A DNA stretch of 64,000 nt, taken from the NCBI GenBank assembly GCA_964577305.1, contig CAZNYS010000005.1:36193-100192 (forward strand). The letters are read 5' to 3'. The notes under the pieces are model-generated. The model did not search any database. It had not been told where the DNA came from and saw only the letters and a program-made list of their open reading frames with translations. Made by a program: the position numbers and the translations under genes. This stretch comes from an uncultured Rikenellaceae bacterium. Lineage in GTDB: Bacteria; Bacteroidota; Bacteroidia; Bacteroidales; VadinHA17. Below, in pieces: positions 37,153 to 46,947 of this stretch. Within the stretch, counting starts at the first letter, position 1, and each line of letters starts with the position of its first letter.

Positions 37153-37641
37153 ATGAAAAAATTCCTGTTTAAAAGTTTAAGTGTACTTATGGCATTTGTA
37201 TTACTTGTTGCACAAAGTCATGTACTGTCAGCCAAACCAATTAATGCCGGCATACCAAGCATGGAAGAATCGGTTTTTACTCTTGATCAGAATGCTCTTG
37301 ATGTAGCTTTAAGCGATTTGAATGAACTTGACAACTACCTTTCCCTGAATGAAGGTGTAACCTATGCAGATCTTGAAGCTGCAGGCAGTGATCTTATAAC
37401 AAATATCAGTGATATTGCTGCTCCGATGGGTATGGCACAGGATGGAGATGAACTGCTTGGAATTCCTGCTTTCTGGTGGGGGTGTGTTCTTGGATGGGTT
37501 GGTTGGCTATTGGTATATGTCCTTACTGATAAAGACAAAGTACAAACCAAACAAGCATTTCATGGCTGCCTGATTAGTTCAGCGATTAGCGTTGCTTTTT
37601 CAGTTGTTTATTGGGTAGTGCTTGCAGGTGAGCTTTATTAA
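37153..37641 (+). CDS. Exported/membrane protein, unknown function
   Basis: Signal peptide and two C-terminal hydrophobic helices; 162 aa. Confidence 0.5.
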   Translation: MKKFLFKSLSVLMAFVLLVAQSHVLSAKPINAGIPSMEESVFTLDQNALDVALSDLNELDNYLSLNEGVTYADLEAAGSDLITNISDIAAPMGMAQDGDELLGIPAFWWGCVLGWVGWLLVYVLTDKDKVQTKQAFHGCLISSAISVAFSVVYWVVLAGELY

Positions 37642-37712
37642 TACATACTGGAGGACAAAAACCTGTATTAATCTAAAGTTAATATAGACAATCAAGAATA
37701 TTTATTACAAGT

Positions 37713-37748
37713 AAAAGATGCCTGCAATTTATGCGGCATCTTTTGTTT
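37713..37748 (+). terminator. Intrinsic terminator
   Basis: aaaagatgcc (37713..37722) pairs with ggcatctttt (37735..37744), followed by a T-rich run. Confidence 0.65.
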
Positions 37749-37790
37749 ATCTAATTAATACTGTTTTAATTTGGTGTGAAATCATTTCAG

Positions 37791-38468
37791 ATGTTAAAAC
37801 GTTTTTCCATTTCACTGCTGGCATTCCTGGTTTTATACGGAGCCGGCTTCAGCCAGGATTATTTCAGGATTCAGGCAGATATTACTGTTAAAATAAGTAG
37901 TAGCGACGGTACGAAAAGCCTGACCAGAGGAACTGTTTACTATGATAAAAACATTAAAGAATTGATTTATGATATCTCTTTCCCTCGAAACGAAAAATGG
38001 TTAAGCAAGGATACCAGCCTTTATAAGTACAATAAAGACAGTCTGATACAGAGAATTACAATTCCCTCTATCAACGAATTCACTGTTTTCCACCTGGCAC
38101 TTAATTCAGGATTGAATGATTATGGACTGAAAAAATCGAACTATAATATCAGTAAGGTTGAAAAACAAGGTGACCTGGTATTGTCATACTGGAAAATTCC
38201 GGATCAATTAAATCTTACTATGGACCATGTGGTAATTGCCAAAAAAAATAACAGGCTTGAAAGCGTAGTTATTGTTGGGGAAAACCAGGAAATTTTAAGT
38301 AAACAGTTCTTCAGAAACTATATTACAATCGATGCATTTGAATTTCCAGGTCAAATTGTGCAGATTCTGTACGACAGCTCCGGCGGGGAAAATTACCAGG
38401 TGACGGATTTCGGTAATATTAAAATCAATGATATGACAAACGCCGAGTTATATCATTTCAAACTTTGA
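37791..38468 (+). CDS. Exported protein, possibly a LolA-like fold (weak)
   Basis: ATG at 37791 (MLKRFSISLLAF signal). Size and beta-rich composition fit; there is no firm motif. Confidence 0.45.
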   Translation: MLKRFSISLLAFLVLYGAGFSQDYFRIQADITVKISSSDGTKSLTRGTVYYDKNIKELIYDISFPRNEKWLSKDTSLYKYNKDSLIQRITIPSINEFTVFHLALNSGLNDYGLKKSNYNISKVEKQGDLVLSYWKIPDQLNLTMDHVVIAKKNNRLESVVIVGENQEILSKQFFRNYITIDAFEFPGQIVQILYDSSGGENYQVTDFGNIKINDMTNAELYHFKL

Positions 38469-38476
38469 AGAATATT

Positions 38477-38887
38477 ATGAATAAGAGAATTTCTGTTATT
38501 AGTTTTCTTATCATCCTTAATCTGATTTTTGTTTTTGAGCTTAATGGTCAACCGATAGCCGATCAGGAGCTTAAAACATTATTTACTTCAGCTGATACTG
38601 AACACCAGGATTACGCAAAACCACTCAGAAAATCAGAAAATGAAATTGATATTACTATCTCCACTGTTTTCTTATTTTACAAAACCTTTATTTCCTCACA
38701 GGATATGCCTAAATGCATTTTTACCCCCTCTTGTTCGGAATATGCCGTTGAGGCATTTCAAAAAAAAGGCTTGTTCATTGGCTGGCTGAGCACTTTTGAC
38801 CGGTTATCACGTTGCCATGGCCTGGTTAAACCAGATCATTATCCTTTTGATTTCGAAAAAAAGCGTTTCTATGATCCTGTTAAATAA
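38477..38887 (+). CDS. YidD-like (membrane protein insertion efficiency factor, DUF37) domain protein with N-terminal extension
   Basis: FYKTFISSQDMPKCIFTPSCSEYAVEAF...RLSRCH matches the YidD Cys motif (CxFxPSCSxY). About 136 aa, versus about 75-85 aa for a canonical YidD. Confidence 0.65.
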   Translation: MNKRISVISFLIILNLIFVFELNGQPIADQELKTLFTSADTEHQDYAKPLRKSENEIDITISTVFLFYKTFISSQDMPKCIFTPSCSEYAVEAFQKKGLFIGWLSTFDRLSRCHGLVKPDHYPFDFEKKRFYDPVK

Positions 38888-39713
38888 GAAAATTTCCTTT
38901 ACCGTTTTTTTTGCCTGCGCATTAATCTTCCCGGCAAGCTCACAGGAAAACCTTCTGGATTATGATAATTCCCTGAAATTTGCCAGGTACCTGAAGTCGA
39001 CCATGCAATATAATTTTGCTATGGAAGAGTATGAAAGGCTGAATTTTTTATGGCCCGGAGATACTACAATAAACCTCGAACTGGTGCAGACTTACAGGTT
39101 GAATAATCAATGCAACAGGCTGGAGCCTTCATTCGGGTTGCTGAAGAAGAACATTTTTCAGTATCATTCATTAAAGTCTGCGAAAGAATATCTGGCGTTT
39201 TCATTAACATGTAAAGCAGCACCAGAGAGGTTCTCTGATATTTCATCCCTCCTTAAGCCACCTGAGAGAAGTTTTTATGAATTAAGTTATTTCTGGGTAA
39301 CTCAGAGATACGATTCGGCCTTTCTTTATTGCCGGGAAAATAAAGATTTAATCATGGCTAATAATCCGGATTTATACCGGTTAACTTATGATTTTGAACA
39401 CGAAAAATACAAAAGCCCTGCTCTCGCCGTAATAATGTCGGCAGTGATCCCCGGCAGCGGTAAGGCATATTCAAAAAGATGGGGTGATGCTCTTGTTTCT
39501 TTCCTTTTTATAGGCACAAATGCTTATACATCGTACCGTGCTTTTAATAAGAAAGGAATAAAAAGCGTCAATGGCTGGATCTTTGGCAGTATAGCATTTA
39601 GTTTCTACTCCGCTAACCTCTGGGGATCAGCCAGGGCTGCAAAAACCTATAATTCCCAAATGCAAAAAAGGTACCAGGACAATGCTGAAAATATTATATA
39701 TAATTCTTTTTAG
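38871..39713 (+). CDS. Exported helical-repeat protein with C-terminal PGSG-x-Y membrane module
   Basis: ATG at 38871 (MILLNKKISF signal). C-terminal VIPGSGKAYSKRWGDALVSFLFIG plus a second helix. Overlaps both neighbours. Confidence 0.5.
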   Translation: MILLNKKISFTVFFACALIFPASSQENLLDYDNSLKFARYLKSTMQYNFAMEEYERLNFLWPGDTTINLELVQTYRLNNQCNRLEPSFGLLKKNIFQYHSLKSAKEYLAFSLTCKAAPERFSDISSLLKPPERSFYELSYFWVTQRYDSAFLYCRENKDLIMANNPDLYRLTYDFEHEKYKSPALAVIMSAVIPGSGKAYSKRWGDALVSFLFIGTNAYTSYRAFNKKGIKSVNGWIFGSIAFSFYSANLWGSARAAKTYNSQMQKRYQDNAENIIYNSF

Positions 39714-40536
39714 CCTGTGCCTGATTCCCACTGCAGGGGCTCAGGACATTCATCAACTGAATGAATTTGCCGATGAACAGTTCGATAAGGGAAATTATCA
39801 GCTTGCTCTTAAAGAATACCAGCGTATCCTCTTTTTTGACAACCAGCATGAATATAATGAGCTATATTCCAAAATTGCCTCTATTCATTACCTGATGAGC
39901 GATTTCGATAATGCCCTGAAATATTATGATCTTGCAATTCGGATTGAAAATAACGACAGCATTAAATTTGAGTTAATATTAAACAAGGCATTATGTAATT
40001 TTAAACTTAACAGGTACCTGATAGCACTGAATGAACTATTTGACCTGCCTGATCATTCCTCCGAATATCTCCACAATAAGAAAAATATTTACCTTGGTAT
40101 ATGCTATTTCGGTCTCTCTGATTATGATAATTCCCGTGAATATTTCTCAGAATTACTCGATTCAGCCGGCACAAAAAAAGTTAATAACCTGTTTGCTGAT
40201 TTTGAGCGTTTCAGTAAGAAATTCAGGCCTGGAAAAGTTGAACTGATGAGCATGCTTTTACCGGGACTGGGCCAGATATACACCGGTGAAATATTCAGTG
40301 GTTTTAATTCATTTTTTTTAATTTCCGGTGTTACGGTTTATGCTGCAATTACAGCAGTGAATTATACTCTTTTCGATGGCCTCCTGGTTTTGTCATCATG
40401 GTTTTACAGGTATTACTCGGGAGGCTTCACCAATGCCCGAAATTTTGCTGTTCAAAAAATAGAAAACGAAAAAACCAGCGTTTATTCCGAAATATTTACT
40501 GTAATTGAAAAATACCAAAATAAAGCAATAGAATGA
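39682..40536 (+). CDS. TPR-repeat protein with C-terminal PGLGQIY membrane module
   Basis: TPR-like YQLALKEYQRIL and ALKYYDLAI. LLPGLGQIYTGEIFSGF plus TM helices, paralogous in design to the preceding gene. Confidence 0.55.
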   Translation: MLKILYIILFSLCLIPTAGAQDIHQLNEFADEQFDKGNYQLALKEYQRILFFDNQHEYNELYSKIASIHYLMSDFDNALKYYDLAIRIENNDSIKFELILNKALCNFKLNRYLIALNELFDLPDHSSEYLHNKKNIYLGICYFGLSDYDNSREYFSELLDSAGTKKVNNLFADFERFSKKFRPGKVELMSMLLPGLGQIYTGEIFSGFNSFFLISGVTVYAAITAVNYTLFDGLLVLSSWFYRYYSGGFTNARNFAVQKIENEKTSVYSEIFTVIEKYQNKAIE

Positions 40537-41291
40537 TCTGTAATAAACCTTCAGGGCGCATTTTAACCAGCCTGATAATTTTGCTGTTCTATATAACTAA
40601 TGAATTATCAGGTTTAAATAATACAGAAAAAAGCTTTGACGAAATATTTAATCTCATTTATAACCAGCAGTTTAATGAAGCACACCTTGAACTGATACGG
40701 TCAAAAAATAAATTGGATAAATGGGAGTACCACATACTTAATTTAGACCTGTTATGGTGGGAAGCAATTTCAGGTAATTCCAAAGAGGACTTTGCACGCT
40801 TTGAATCAGCTTTAGATAATTACTCTTCAGATTTAAAACAAAACCATAGCCCTGATAGCCTGGAAGAATTAATAAACCTGAGTTATTCGTTCAGATTGGC
40901 AACATTAAAGGGCAATCTCTTTCTCATGATGTTGGATTTCCTGAGAATTAACCACATTATTCAGCGATTTGAAATCGATAGATTAACAATGGAACAACAG
41001 GAGATTTTTAAGATTTACCTGGCCCTGTTCAGCATTGGTAAGAGCAAATTGTTATTCAATAGCTCCAGGTTAAGGGAAGAAGGCATTGAAATCCTGGAAA
41101 GCAGTATTACTTCCTCGAACCATGTTTATCAAACCATTTCATGCTATTTCCTGTCAAAAATATACCTTGAACTGGACCAATCACCTGGAAAAGCAAGGAT
41201 TTATTGTGAACAGTTATGCAAGTCCTATCCCGCCAATAAGATCTTCATTTACAACCTTGAATTATGCAGAGGCATGGATTCCAGTATGTAG
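40533..41291 (+). CDS. Hypothetical exported helical protein
   Basis: 4-nt overlap with the upstream gene (ATGA); signal-like N-terminus; no motif recognised. Confidence 0.5.
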   Translation: MICNKPSGRILTSLIILLFYITNELSGLNNTEKSFDEIFNLIYNQQFNEAHLELIRSKNKLDKWEYHILNLDLLWWEAISGNSKEDFARFESALDNYSSDLKQNHSPDSLEELINLSYSFRLATLKGNLFLMMLDFLRINHIIQRFEIDRLTMEQQEIFKIYLALFSIGKSKLLFNSSRLREEGIEILESSITSSNHVYQTISCYFLSKIYLELDQSPGKARIYCEQLCKSYPANKIFIYNLELCRGMDSSM

Positions 41292-41409
41292 TGTAGCATA
41301 ACCCGTTAGCAAATCTTGAGAATCATAAGTATTATTCCCCCCTGAAAACCATTGAATCAAAATTGCCGTATCCTTCCAGGCTATAGTCCTACTCATTTTA
41401 ACGATCTAC

Positions 41410-41672
41410 AACCACTTTTCAGTGGTTTTTGTGATATCTCATGCGGGGCGAATCATTCATAAAGGGCGCGGAAAAATTCATCACCCTTCGATTGTCTTTA
41501 TATGTTATATAACTTCCTTTTCACCCCTGCCGGGGTGTAATGGCTTTAAGGACACCGATTTATCCACAGGTGTGACTGTGGCTATTGCTTTTTACCACCT
41601 CCGGTGGTATTGATAACAAAATAAGCCCCGCGAGGGGCTTAAAAACAATAGCCCAAGTTTCACACCGTGGTT
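41410..41672. repeat. Repeat-family copy A: conserved ~78-nt core plus a unique GC-rich multi-stem 3' domain
   Basis: The core at 41414..41492 matches copy B with 3 mismatches and copy C with 1 mismatch, by manual alignment. Downstream there are nested stems. 41564..41575 pairs with 41660..41670, and 41580..41587 pairs with 41646..41653. A hairpin lies at 41595..41607. A second hairpin at 41623..41640 has a GCGA loop. Confidence 0.8.
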
Positions 41673-41732
41673 AAAAATCAAAAAATACTACCAGTTGTAC
41701 TTTAATATTGCTATTGACCTCATAATTAGCAA

Positions 41733-44069
41733 TTAACGATCAATATCGTTATCAATCAACCTGTAATCCCATTTTGTTGTGTTCATCGGGGGAGGATCAT
41801 TCATCATTATTTTCTCAACAAAATAATTACATATTCTTCTCTCTCCGTACTCACCGCCCCACTCATGTCCTTTACCGGGTAACACCAGGAAATCAAAATC
41901 CTTATTTGCCTTAATAAGTGCATCAACAACCTGGTAAGTTGAGGAGGGATCGACATTCTGATCCAACTCACCTACAATAAGGAAGAGGTCACCCTCTAAT
42001 CTGTAAGCGTTGTCAACGTTAGAGCTTTCGGAGTATTCTTTGCCTACCGGCCAGCCCATCCATTGCTCATTCCACCATATTTTATCCATACGATTATCAT
42101 GGCACCCGCATATGGAAACGGCAACCTTGTAGAATTCAGGATGGAACAGCACTGCTCCCGTAGAGTTCTGTCCTCCGGCTGATTTTCCGTATATACCTAC
42201 TTTATTTATATCCATATAAGGATGTGATGAAGCTGCATCCTTAATCCATAATATCCTGTCGGGAAAACCGGCATCCCCGATATTTTTCCAGCACACATCA
42301 TGAAACGCCTTGGATCGGTTTGATGTACCCATGCCGTCTATCATCACAATAATAAAACCCAGTTCTGTAAGCGATTGCCGGCACCGGTTATAATATTCAG
42401 AAAAGCCCTTTGGCACATGACTTCCATGAGGTCCTGCATAAATATATTCTATCACCGGATACTTCCTGGAGGGATCAAAATTTGAAGGTTTAAGAATCAT
42501 ACCCCATATATCTGTTTTATTATCCCGTCCTGTTGATTTAAACACTTCCGGCAATGTCCAACCTGTAGCCAGCAAACGGCTTATATCAGCTTTCTCCAAT
42601 TCCATTAACTGTTCCCCCGTTTGCGCATCACGTAATACTGCTTTCGGGGGCATATCAACTCTTGACCATGAATCCACAAAGTACTTCTTATCAGGTGAAA
42701 AGCTGACTCTGTGGTTACCATCGCCTTCAGTCAGATGCTGAAGTCCTGTCCCGTCAAAATCAATGCTGTATAGATGAAGTAAATAAGGATCGCCGGGCTC
42801 TTTACCGCTTGCCTCGAATAATACTGTCCTGTTTTCTTCATCAACATCAATAACCCTGCGCACCACCCATTCTCCTTTTGTAATCTGATTCTTTACCTTA
42901 CCGGTGATCCCGTCAATAAGATAAAGATGATTCCATCCGTCTCTCTCTGATGCCCAGATTATCTCTTTACCATCATTGACATCATGCCTGTATCTCTTAC
43001 CGCTGTAATCAATGAAAGTATCAGCTGTTTCATCAATAAGAACTTTAGTTTCATTGTTAACCGCATTCATCTCTATAACCTGATACCTCTGATGCCCTCT
43101 CTTGTTATATTCAAATGTCAGGGCCCTGCTGTCTTTCCTCCAGCTAAACTCTTCAACTGAATACTGATTAGGTATTAATTCATCACAGCTTGCGATCATT
43201 TCTTCCTTATCCACATCAAAAATTCGCGGGTAATACTGCCTGAGGGCATCTCCTGGTTTATAATAGTGAATGCTTGTATGCCTGGGCTGTGACTGGTCTT
43301 CAGGAGAAGATTCAATATAATGTACCAGGTGCTCTTCGGTTGGTTGTACCAGGCATGACATAATCTTTTTTGAATCAGGTGACCAGATAATGTATGACGA
43401 ATAGTAAAGGCCAAGGCCTCCATCAAAACTTATCTGCCTTGCTTCTCCGCCTGACTTGTCCCTGACAAACAGGTTAAAGTCCTTAATAAACGCTTCATAC
43501 TTACCATCAGGTGATTCTACCGGCCTGTTAGCAAGTTCATTCCTTCTCTGCATTGACCATGGTTGTGTTCTTCGAGCGCTATAAGGTTCCCCCTTTTCTA
43601 TTTTATAGTTTGACAGGTTGCAGGTCCAGTTATACCCTTCACTTACAAAACTTATTTCTTTTAAATCATCAGAAAAGTTCAGGTCAGCAATACTTTCAGC
43701 CTCAGGCGTGATTTTCTTGCCCATTATCTCTGAGAGTCGGCCCGTAAGTTTATCAATGTCAAATGCTTCTTTCTTAATCCTTTTACCGGCATCTACCAGG
43801 TAAAACCTGTCACCATCTTCAGTCAGAACATTATACCAGAAAACAGCTTTGTTGCCAATCCAATTCGGTCTGAAATCGCCATGTAGGACCTTGTCAGTCG
43901 TAAGTGATTTAAAATCCTCATATCTCTTATAGGAATCATGTAATTCCTGGGCTGATATATTTGCCGGGATTAAAGCAGGGAACAAAGTCAACAATAATAT
44001 TGTTACAACAATCTTAAGATCAGGGTTTTTAAATTGCATTATTGAGTTTTTTAATTCTTTAATATTCAC
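41733..44069 (-). CDS. Dipeptidyl-peptidase IV-like S9B serine peptidase (second copy)
   Basis: 778 aa. DPPIV-type propeller, GxSxGG (VGIYGKSAGGQNS), VGELDQNV and LPGKGHEW. Paralog of 7535..9859. Confidence 0.85.
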   Translation of the reverse strand: MNIKELKNSIMQFKNPDLKIVVTILLLTLFPALIPANISAQELHDSYKRYEDFKSLTTDKVLHGDFRPNWIGNKAVFWYNVLTEDGDRFYLVDAGKRIKKEAFDIDKLTGRLSEIMGKKITPEAESIADLNFSDDLKEISFVSEGYNWTCNLSNYKIEKGEPYSARRTQPWSMQRRNELANRPVESPDGKYEAFIKDFNLFVRDKSGGEARQISFDGGLGLYYSSYIIWSPDSKKIMSCLVQPTEEHLVHYIESSPEDQSQPRHTSIHYYKPGDALRQYYPRIFDVDKEEMIASCDELIPNQYSVEEFSWRKDSRALTFEYNKRGHQRYQVIEMNAVNNETKVLIDETADTFIDYSGKRYRHDVNDGKEIIWASERDGWNHLYLIDGITGKVKNQITKGEWVVRRVIDVDEENRTVLFEASGKEPGDPYLLHLYSIDFDGTGLQHLTEGDGNHRVSFSPDKKYFVDSWSRVDMPPKAVLRDAQTGEQLMELEKADISRLLATGWTLPEVFKSTGRDNKTDIWGMILKPSNFDPSRKYPVIEYIYAGPHGSHVPKGFSEYYNRCRQSLTELGFIIVMIDGMGTSNRSKAFHDVCWKNIGDAGFPDRILWIKDAASSHPYMDINKVGIYGKSAGGQNSTGAVLFHPEFYKVAVSICGCHDNRMDKIWWNEQWMGWPVGKEYSESSNVDNAYRLEGDLFLIVGELDQNVDPSSTYQVVDALIKANKDFDFLVLPGKGHEWGGEYGERRICNYFVEKIMMNDPPPMNTTKWDYRLIDNDIDR

Positions 44070-44097
44070 TAATTATAATACACTCAGGATATTATTT

Positions 44098-46869
44098 TTA
44101 AAATCCTAGAGACACCGCTGTATTATCACCTGATACCGTGATATCAGCTATCCAGTTACCATCAATGACTTTATGCATGGTAATTTTCTTTCTGTCAATT
44201 TTCAACTCCGGGATCAGTCCCTGGTAATTCTCCACGTAAATTCTTGTTTTATGAGGTTTTCCGTACCTGTTTTCAATAATAAAGCTAATAGAGTTAAGTT
44301 CCTTATTCACCGAGATAATGTCATCTTTCTTAAACCCATCCCTGTTAAGTTCTACCTGTGCCCTGATATCATCGGTAACCAGTGCAAACCTGTTCCTGAC
44401 ACCGTCTTTGGGTATTATCCTGAATCCTTCACTGTCATGCTCAAGTATTCCTCCGTATGATATCCATCCGAATAGCGGATCATTAGTAAGAACAGTGCGG
44501 ACAGTACGTGTTGTTGCCCCCAGCCCCAGATCTATCTCACCATCATAAAACCAGGCCCCCCTGTCAACTTCCTTCCTTATCCATGCCCTGCCATGCTTGG
44601 ATTCCATAAAAGCCCATCCAACGGCTCCGTCATTTTCTTCCCCGGGGGCCCAGTAACCATAATCAGACTCCGGTGTTCCCGTATTCATAAGCGACCACGA
44701 GCTAAGGTAAGATGCATATCCGAGCTGGAGCCAGTCATTCGGATCATCAGCGAAATGTATACCATAGTCAAGTATTGACCTCCCACCCATCATCGACATA
44801 TAACTGAGGCAATGCATGTCTGAGCTGCTGGTAAAGTCACTCCCCAAAAGGAAATATTTTGTTTCAAGCCATCCTCTTACCGCCAGACCGGCATAGTGCT
44901 GTCGATCCATGAAATCGCGTGCATCAGATCTCCTGACCACAGGATGTGACCGCCAGATCTTTTTATTTCTGTCATACCATGAAGTGGTGTCTGGCTCCAT
45001 CTCATGCAGCGACCCGTACCTGGCAAAGGCATATGATGACTCAAAAGCCGTTCTGTCAATTGCGTACTCCGACCTGAAAGGATACTTGTCATCATATACC
45101 GCATATTTAACCTTCTTCTCATACTCTGCTCTTAACCATTCAGCATCTTCTTCCCGACCTTCTTCCATGAGGTCATTTATCAGTTTTTCAATTACCAGCT
45201 CGTTATAACATCCCCACTTGTATGTATCATAATAAGGTAATATGTCGTAAGGATACCTGAAATATGCTTTTGCTGTCTGATATGCCCTTTCGAGATAACC
45301 GTCGGCATTAAGATAATTAACCTTTTCGGGATACATCTTCGCTATCTGATACATATGATAATATAACATAACAATATGGGGGTAATCATATGACCTCCAC
45401 ACATGCAGTATTTCCTTTCCTGTGGTATCGGGTTCCCTGGGTTTCCACTCCCTTGCCTCTTTCCAGTTAGGCACACCATAAATGCCGTAAGGATAGGGAT
45501 CATCCTTGTCTGTTCTCTGTAATCCATTCCAGACGAAATTCTCAAGGTAATATTCTACAGCCTGTATTTCTTTATCATCAGGATAGTAGACATTCTTTGC
45601 TGCCAGGAATGGCGCTTTACAAAGAGCCGGATCATCACAGGCAAGGACATATCCCCACCAACCATCATAACCGTCTGTGTTGTCAGGACCCCTCAACACA
45701 CTGTTCTTCATATCATAAACTGAGAACAGTCCGTTATACCATTTTGAGGTATCTCTGTGTTGCTGGCTGTTAATAAGGAATGAAGCCCTTTTCTTGAGCA
45801 TTGTTTCAACAGGTTCGGTAGAAAAGAATTCAAGATATGTTTTTGCCCCGCTACCGTAATTAATAGTAAGCATGTTCTCTCCCAGCTTATTAAATTTCAC
45901 CTCATAAATGAAATGATCCGGCTGTTTCTCACCGATAAATCTGATCTCCGTCTTATCCGGAAACTCAGCCGTTATGGATTCAATATCATTTTTCGTATGA
46001 AGCGAAAACTGTGCTTTGAGATCTGAAGGGATGGTCATTCCAGGGACAACGCGTATATCAAACAAACCTTCCTCGTAAAGGATATCACGCATGTCATCCC
46101 AGCTGTCAGCCCACCTGAATCTGAAACCGTATGAAACAGATCCATTCCCGGGAAGCAATTCAATACTGGTATGTTCCTGCCTCCATGTCCCGCTCCCGAC
46201 TGCATTACCGGATACTGCTGAACAGATATAAGCATTGTACTGACGGTTACTGTTGTCAAAATATTCAAGTTTGGTTCCTTCTTTTGGTAATACCATTATA
46301 AAAGGCCCCTCCCCTGATGGCCTGGTAAAATACAGAAATGAACCATATCCTGAAATGTAGTGATGTTTTGTGAAACACCGTTCAAAAATATATTCAGGTT
46401 CTTCCCCTGATGGTCTTCTCCAGGGCAGACCTAATGCAAGATCACCTATTGTTACAGGCTGGTCCAATCCCGTTGAAATTATTATATCAAGGTCTATTGC
46501 GTCCTTGTGGAGCTTGTAGACCTGTTTCATCCTGAGACTGTTTTTATTTGATGCAAGGACGGTAACTTCAGTTTTGTCTCCTGTAATTAACCGTGTACTG
46601 TCATGATGGAAATCAATCCAGCCGCTGTCACCTGTCTTGTAGATAAGCCTTGATACTCCCCATGGCCTGTTCCTTATTACATCGGCAAGATATGGATCGG
46701 CCGGATCGGTGAGGGAAATAATCCCGTAACTTGAAATCTCGCCTTTAACTTCATTATTCTCAAGTATAAAGCTTTTTTCCTGCCCGGATACCGGAACTAA
46801 GAGAGATAATACCAGATTCACCAAAAAAAGTGTCTGGATAAACCGGAAAAGGTGTTTGATTTTTTTCAT
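44098..46869 (-). CDS. Large (923 aa) secreted protein of unknown function, candidate glycan-active enzyme
   Basis: Signal peptide. Long blocks shared with 48892..51618, e.g. TYLEFFSTEPVET, VLRGPDNTDG, DRTAFESSYAF. No catalytic motif I can name. Confidence 0.7.
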   Translation of the reverse strand: MKKIKHLFRFIQTLFLVNLVLSLLVPVSGQEKSFILENNEVKGEISSYGIISLTDPADPYLADVIRNRPWGVSRLIYKTGDSGWIDFHHDSTRLITGDKTEVTVLASNKNSLRMKQVYKLHKDAIDLDIIISTGLDQPVTIGDLALGLPWRRPSGEEPEYIFERCFTKHHYISGYGSFLYFTRPSGEGPFIMVLPKEGTKLEYFDNSNRQYNAYICSAVSGNAVGSGTWRQEHTSIELLPGNGSVSYGFRFRWADSWDDMRDILYEEGLFDIRVVPGMTIPSDLKAQFSLHTKNDIESITAEFPDKTEIRFIGEKQPDHFIYEVKFNKLGENMLTINYGSGAKTYLEFFSTEPVETMLKKRASFLINSQQHRDTSKWYNGLFSVYDMKNSVLRGPDNTDGYDGWWGYVLACDDPALCKAPFLAAKNVYYPDDKEIQAVEYYLENFVWNGLQRTDKDDPYPYGIYGVPNWKEAREWKPREPDTTGKEILHVWRSYDYPHIVMLYYHMYQIAKMYPEKVNYLNADGYLERAYQTAKAYFRYPYDILPYYDTYKWGCYNELVIEKLINDLMEEGREEDAEWLRAEYEKKVKYAVYDDKYPFRSEYAIDRTAFESSYAFARYGSLHEMEPDTTSWYDRNKKIWRSHPVVRRSDARDFMDRQHYAGLAVRGWLETKYFLLGSDFTSSSDMHCLSYMSMMGGRSILDYGIHFADDPNDWLQLGYASYLSSWSLMNTGTPESDYGYWAPGEENDGAVGWAFMESKHGRAWIRKEVDRGAWFYDGEIDLGLGATTRTVRTVLTNDPLFGWISYGGILEHDSEGFRIIPKDGVRNRFALVTDDIRAQVELNRDGFKKDDIISVNKELNSISFIIENRYGKPHKTRIYVENYQGLIPELKIDRKKITMHKVIDGNWIADITVSGDNTAVSLGF

Positions 46870-46947
46870 GGTTATTTAAAATAATTTTGTTTGTCAATTT
46901 TAGGATATTTCTTATCAAAGCGGAGGTGGCATATGAGTGAAAAGAAT

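Noticed and set aside
41422-41613. Small ORFs over the repeat core (track ORFs 41422..41613, 51759..51953, 51639..51821; shared peptide VFVxSHAGRIIHKGRGKIHHPS)
   Set aside because: Conservation is at the nucleotide level and stops with the repeat. Copy D has an in-frame stop after six codons. The starts are non-ATG. The sequences after the core are unrelated.
41564-41670. tRNA-like cloverleaf in copy A
   Set aside because: It has nested stems with two internal hairpins. It lacks a T-loop (GTTCRANYC), a D-loop or anticodon geometry, and an acceptor end. I saw no tRNA or tmRNA signatures anywhere in the window.
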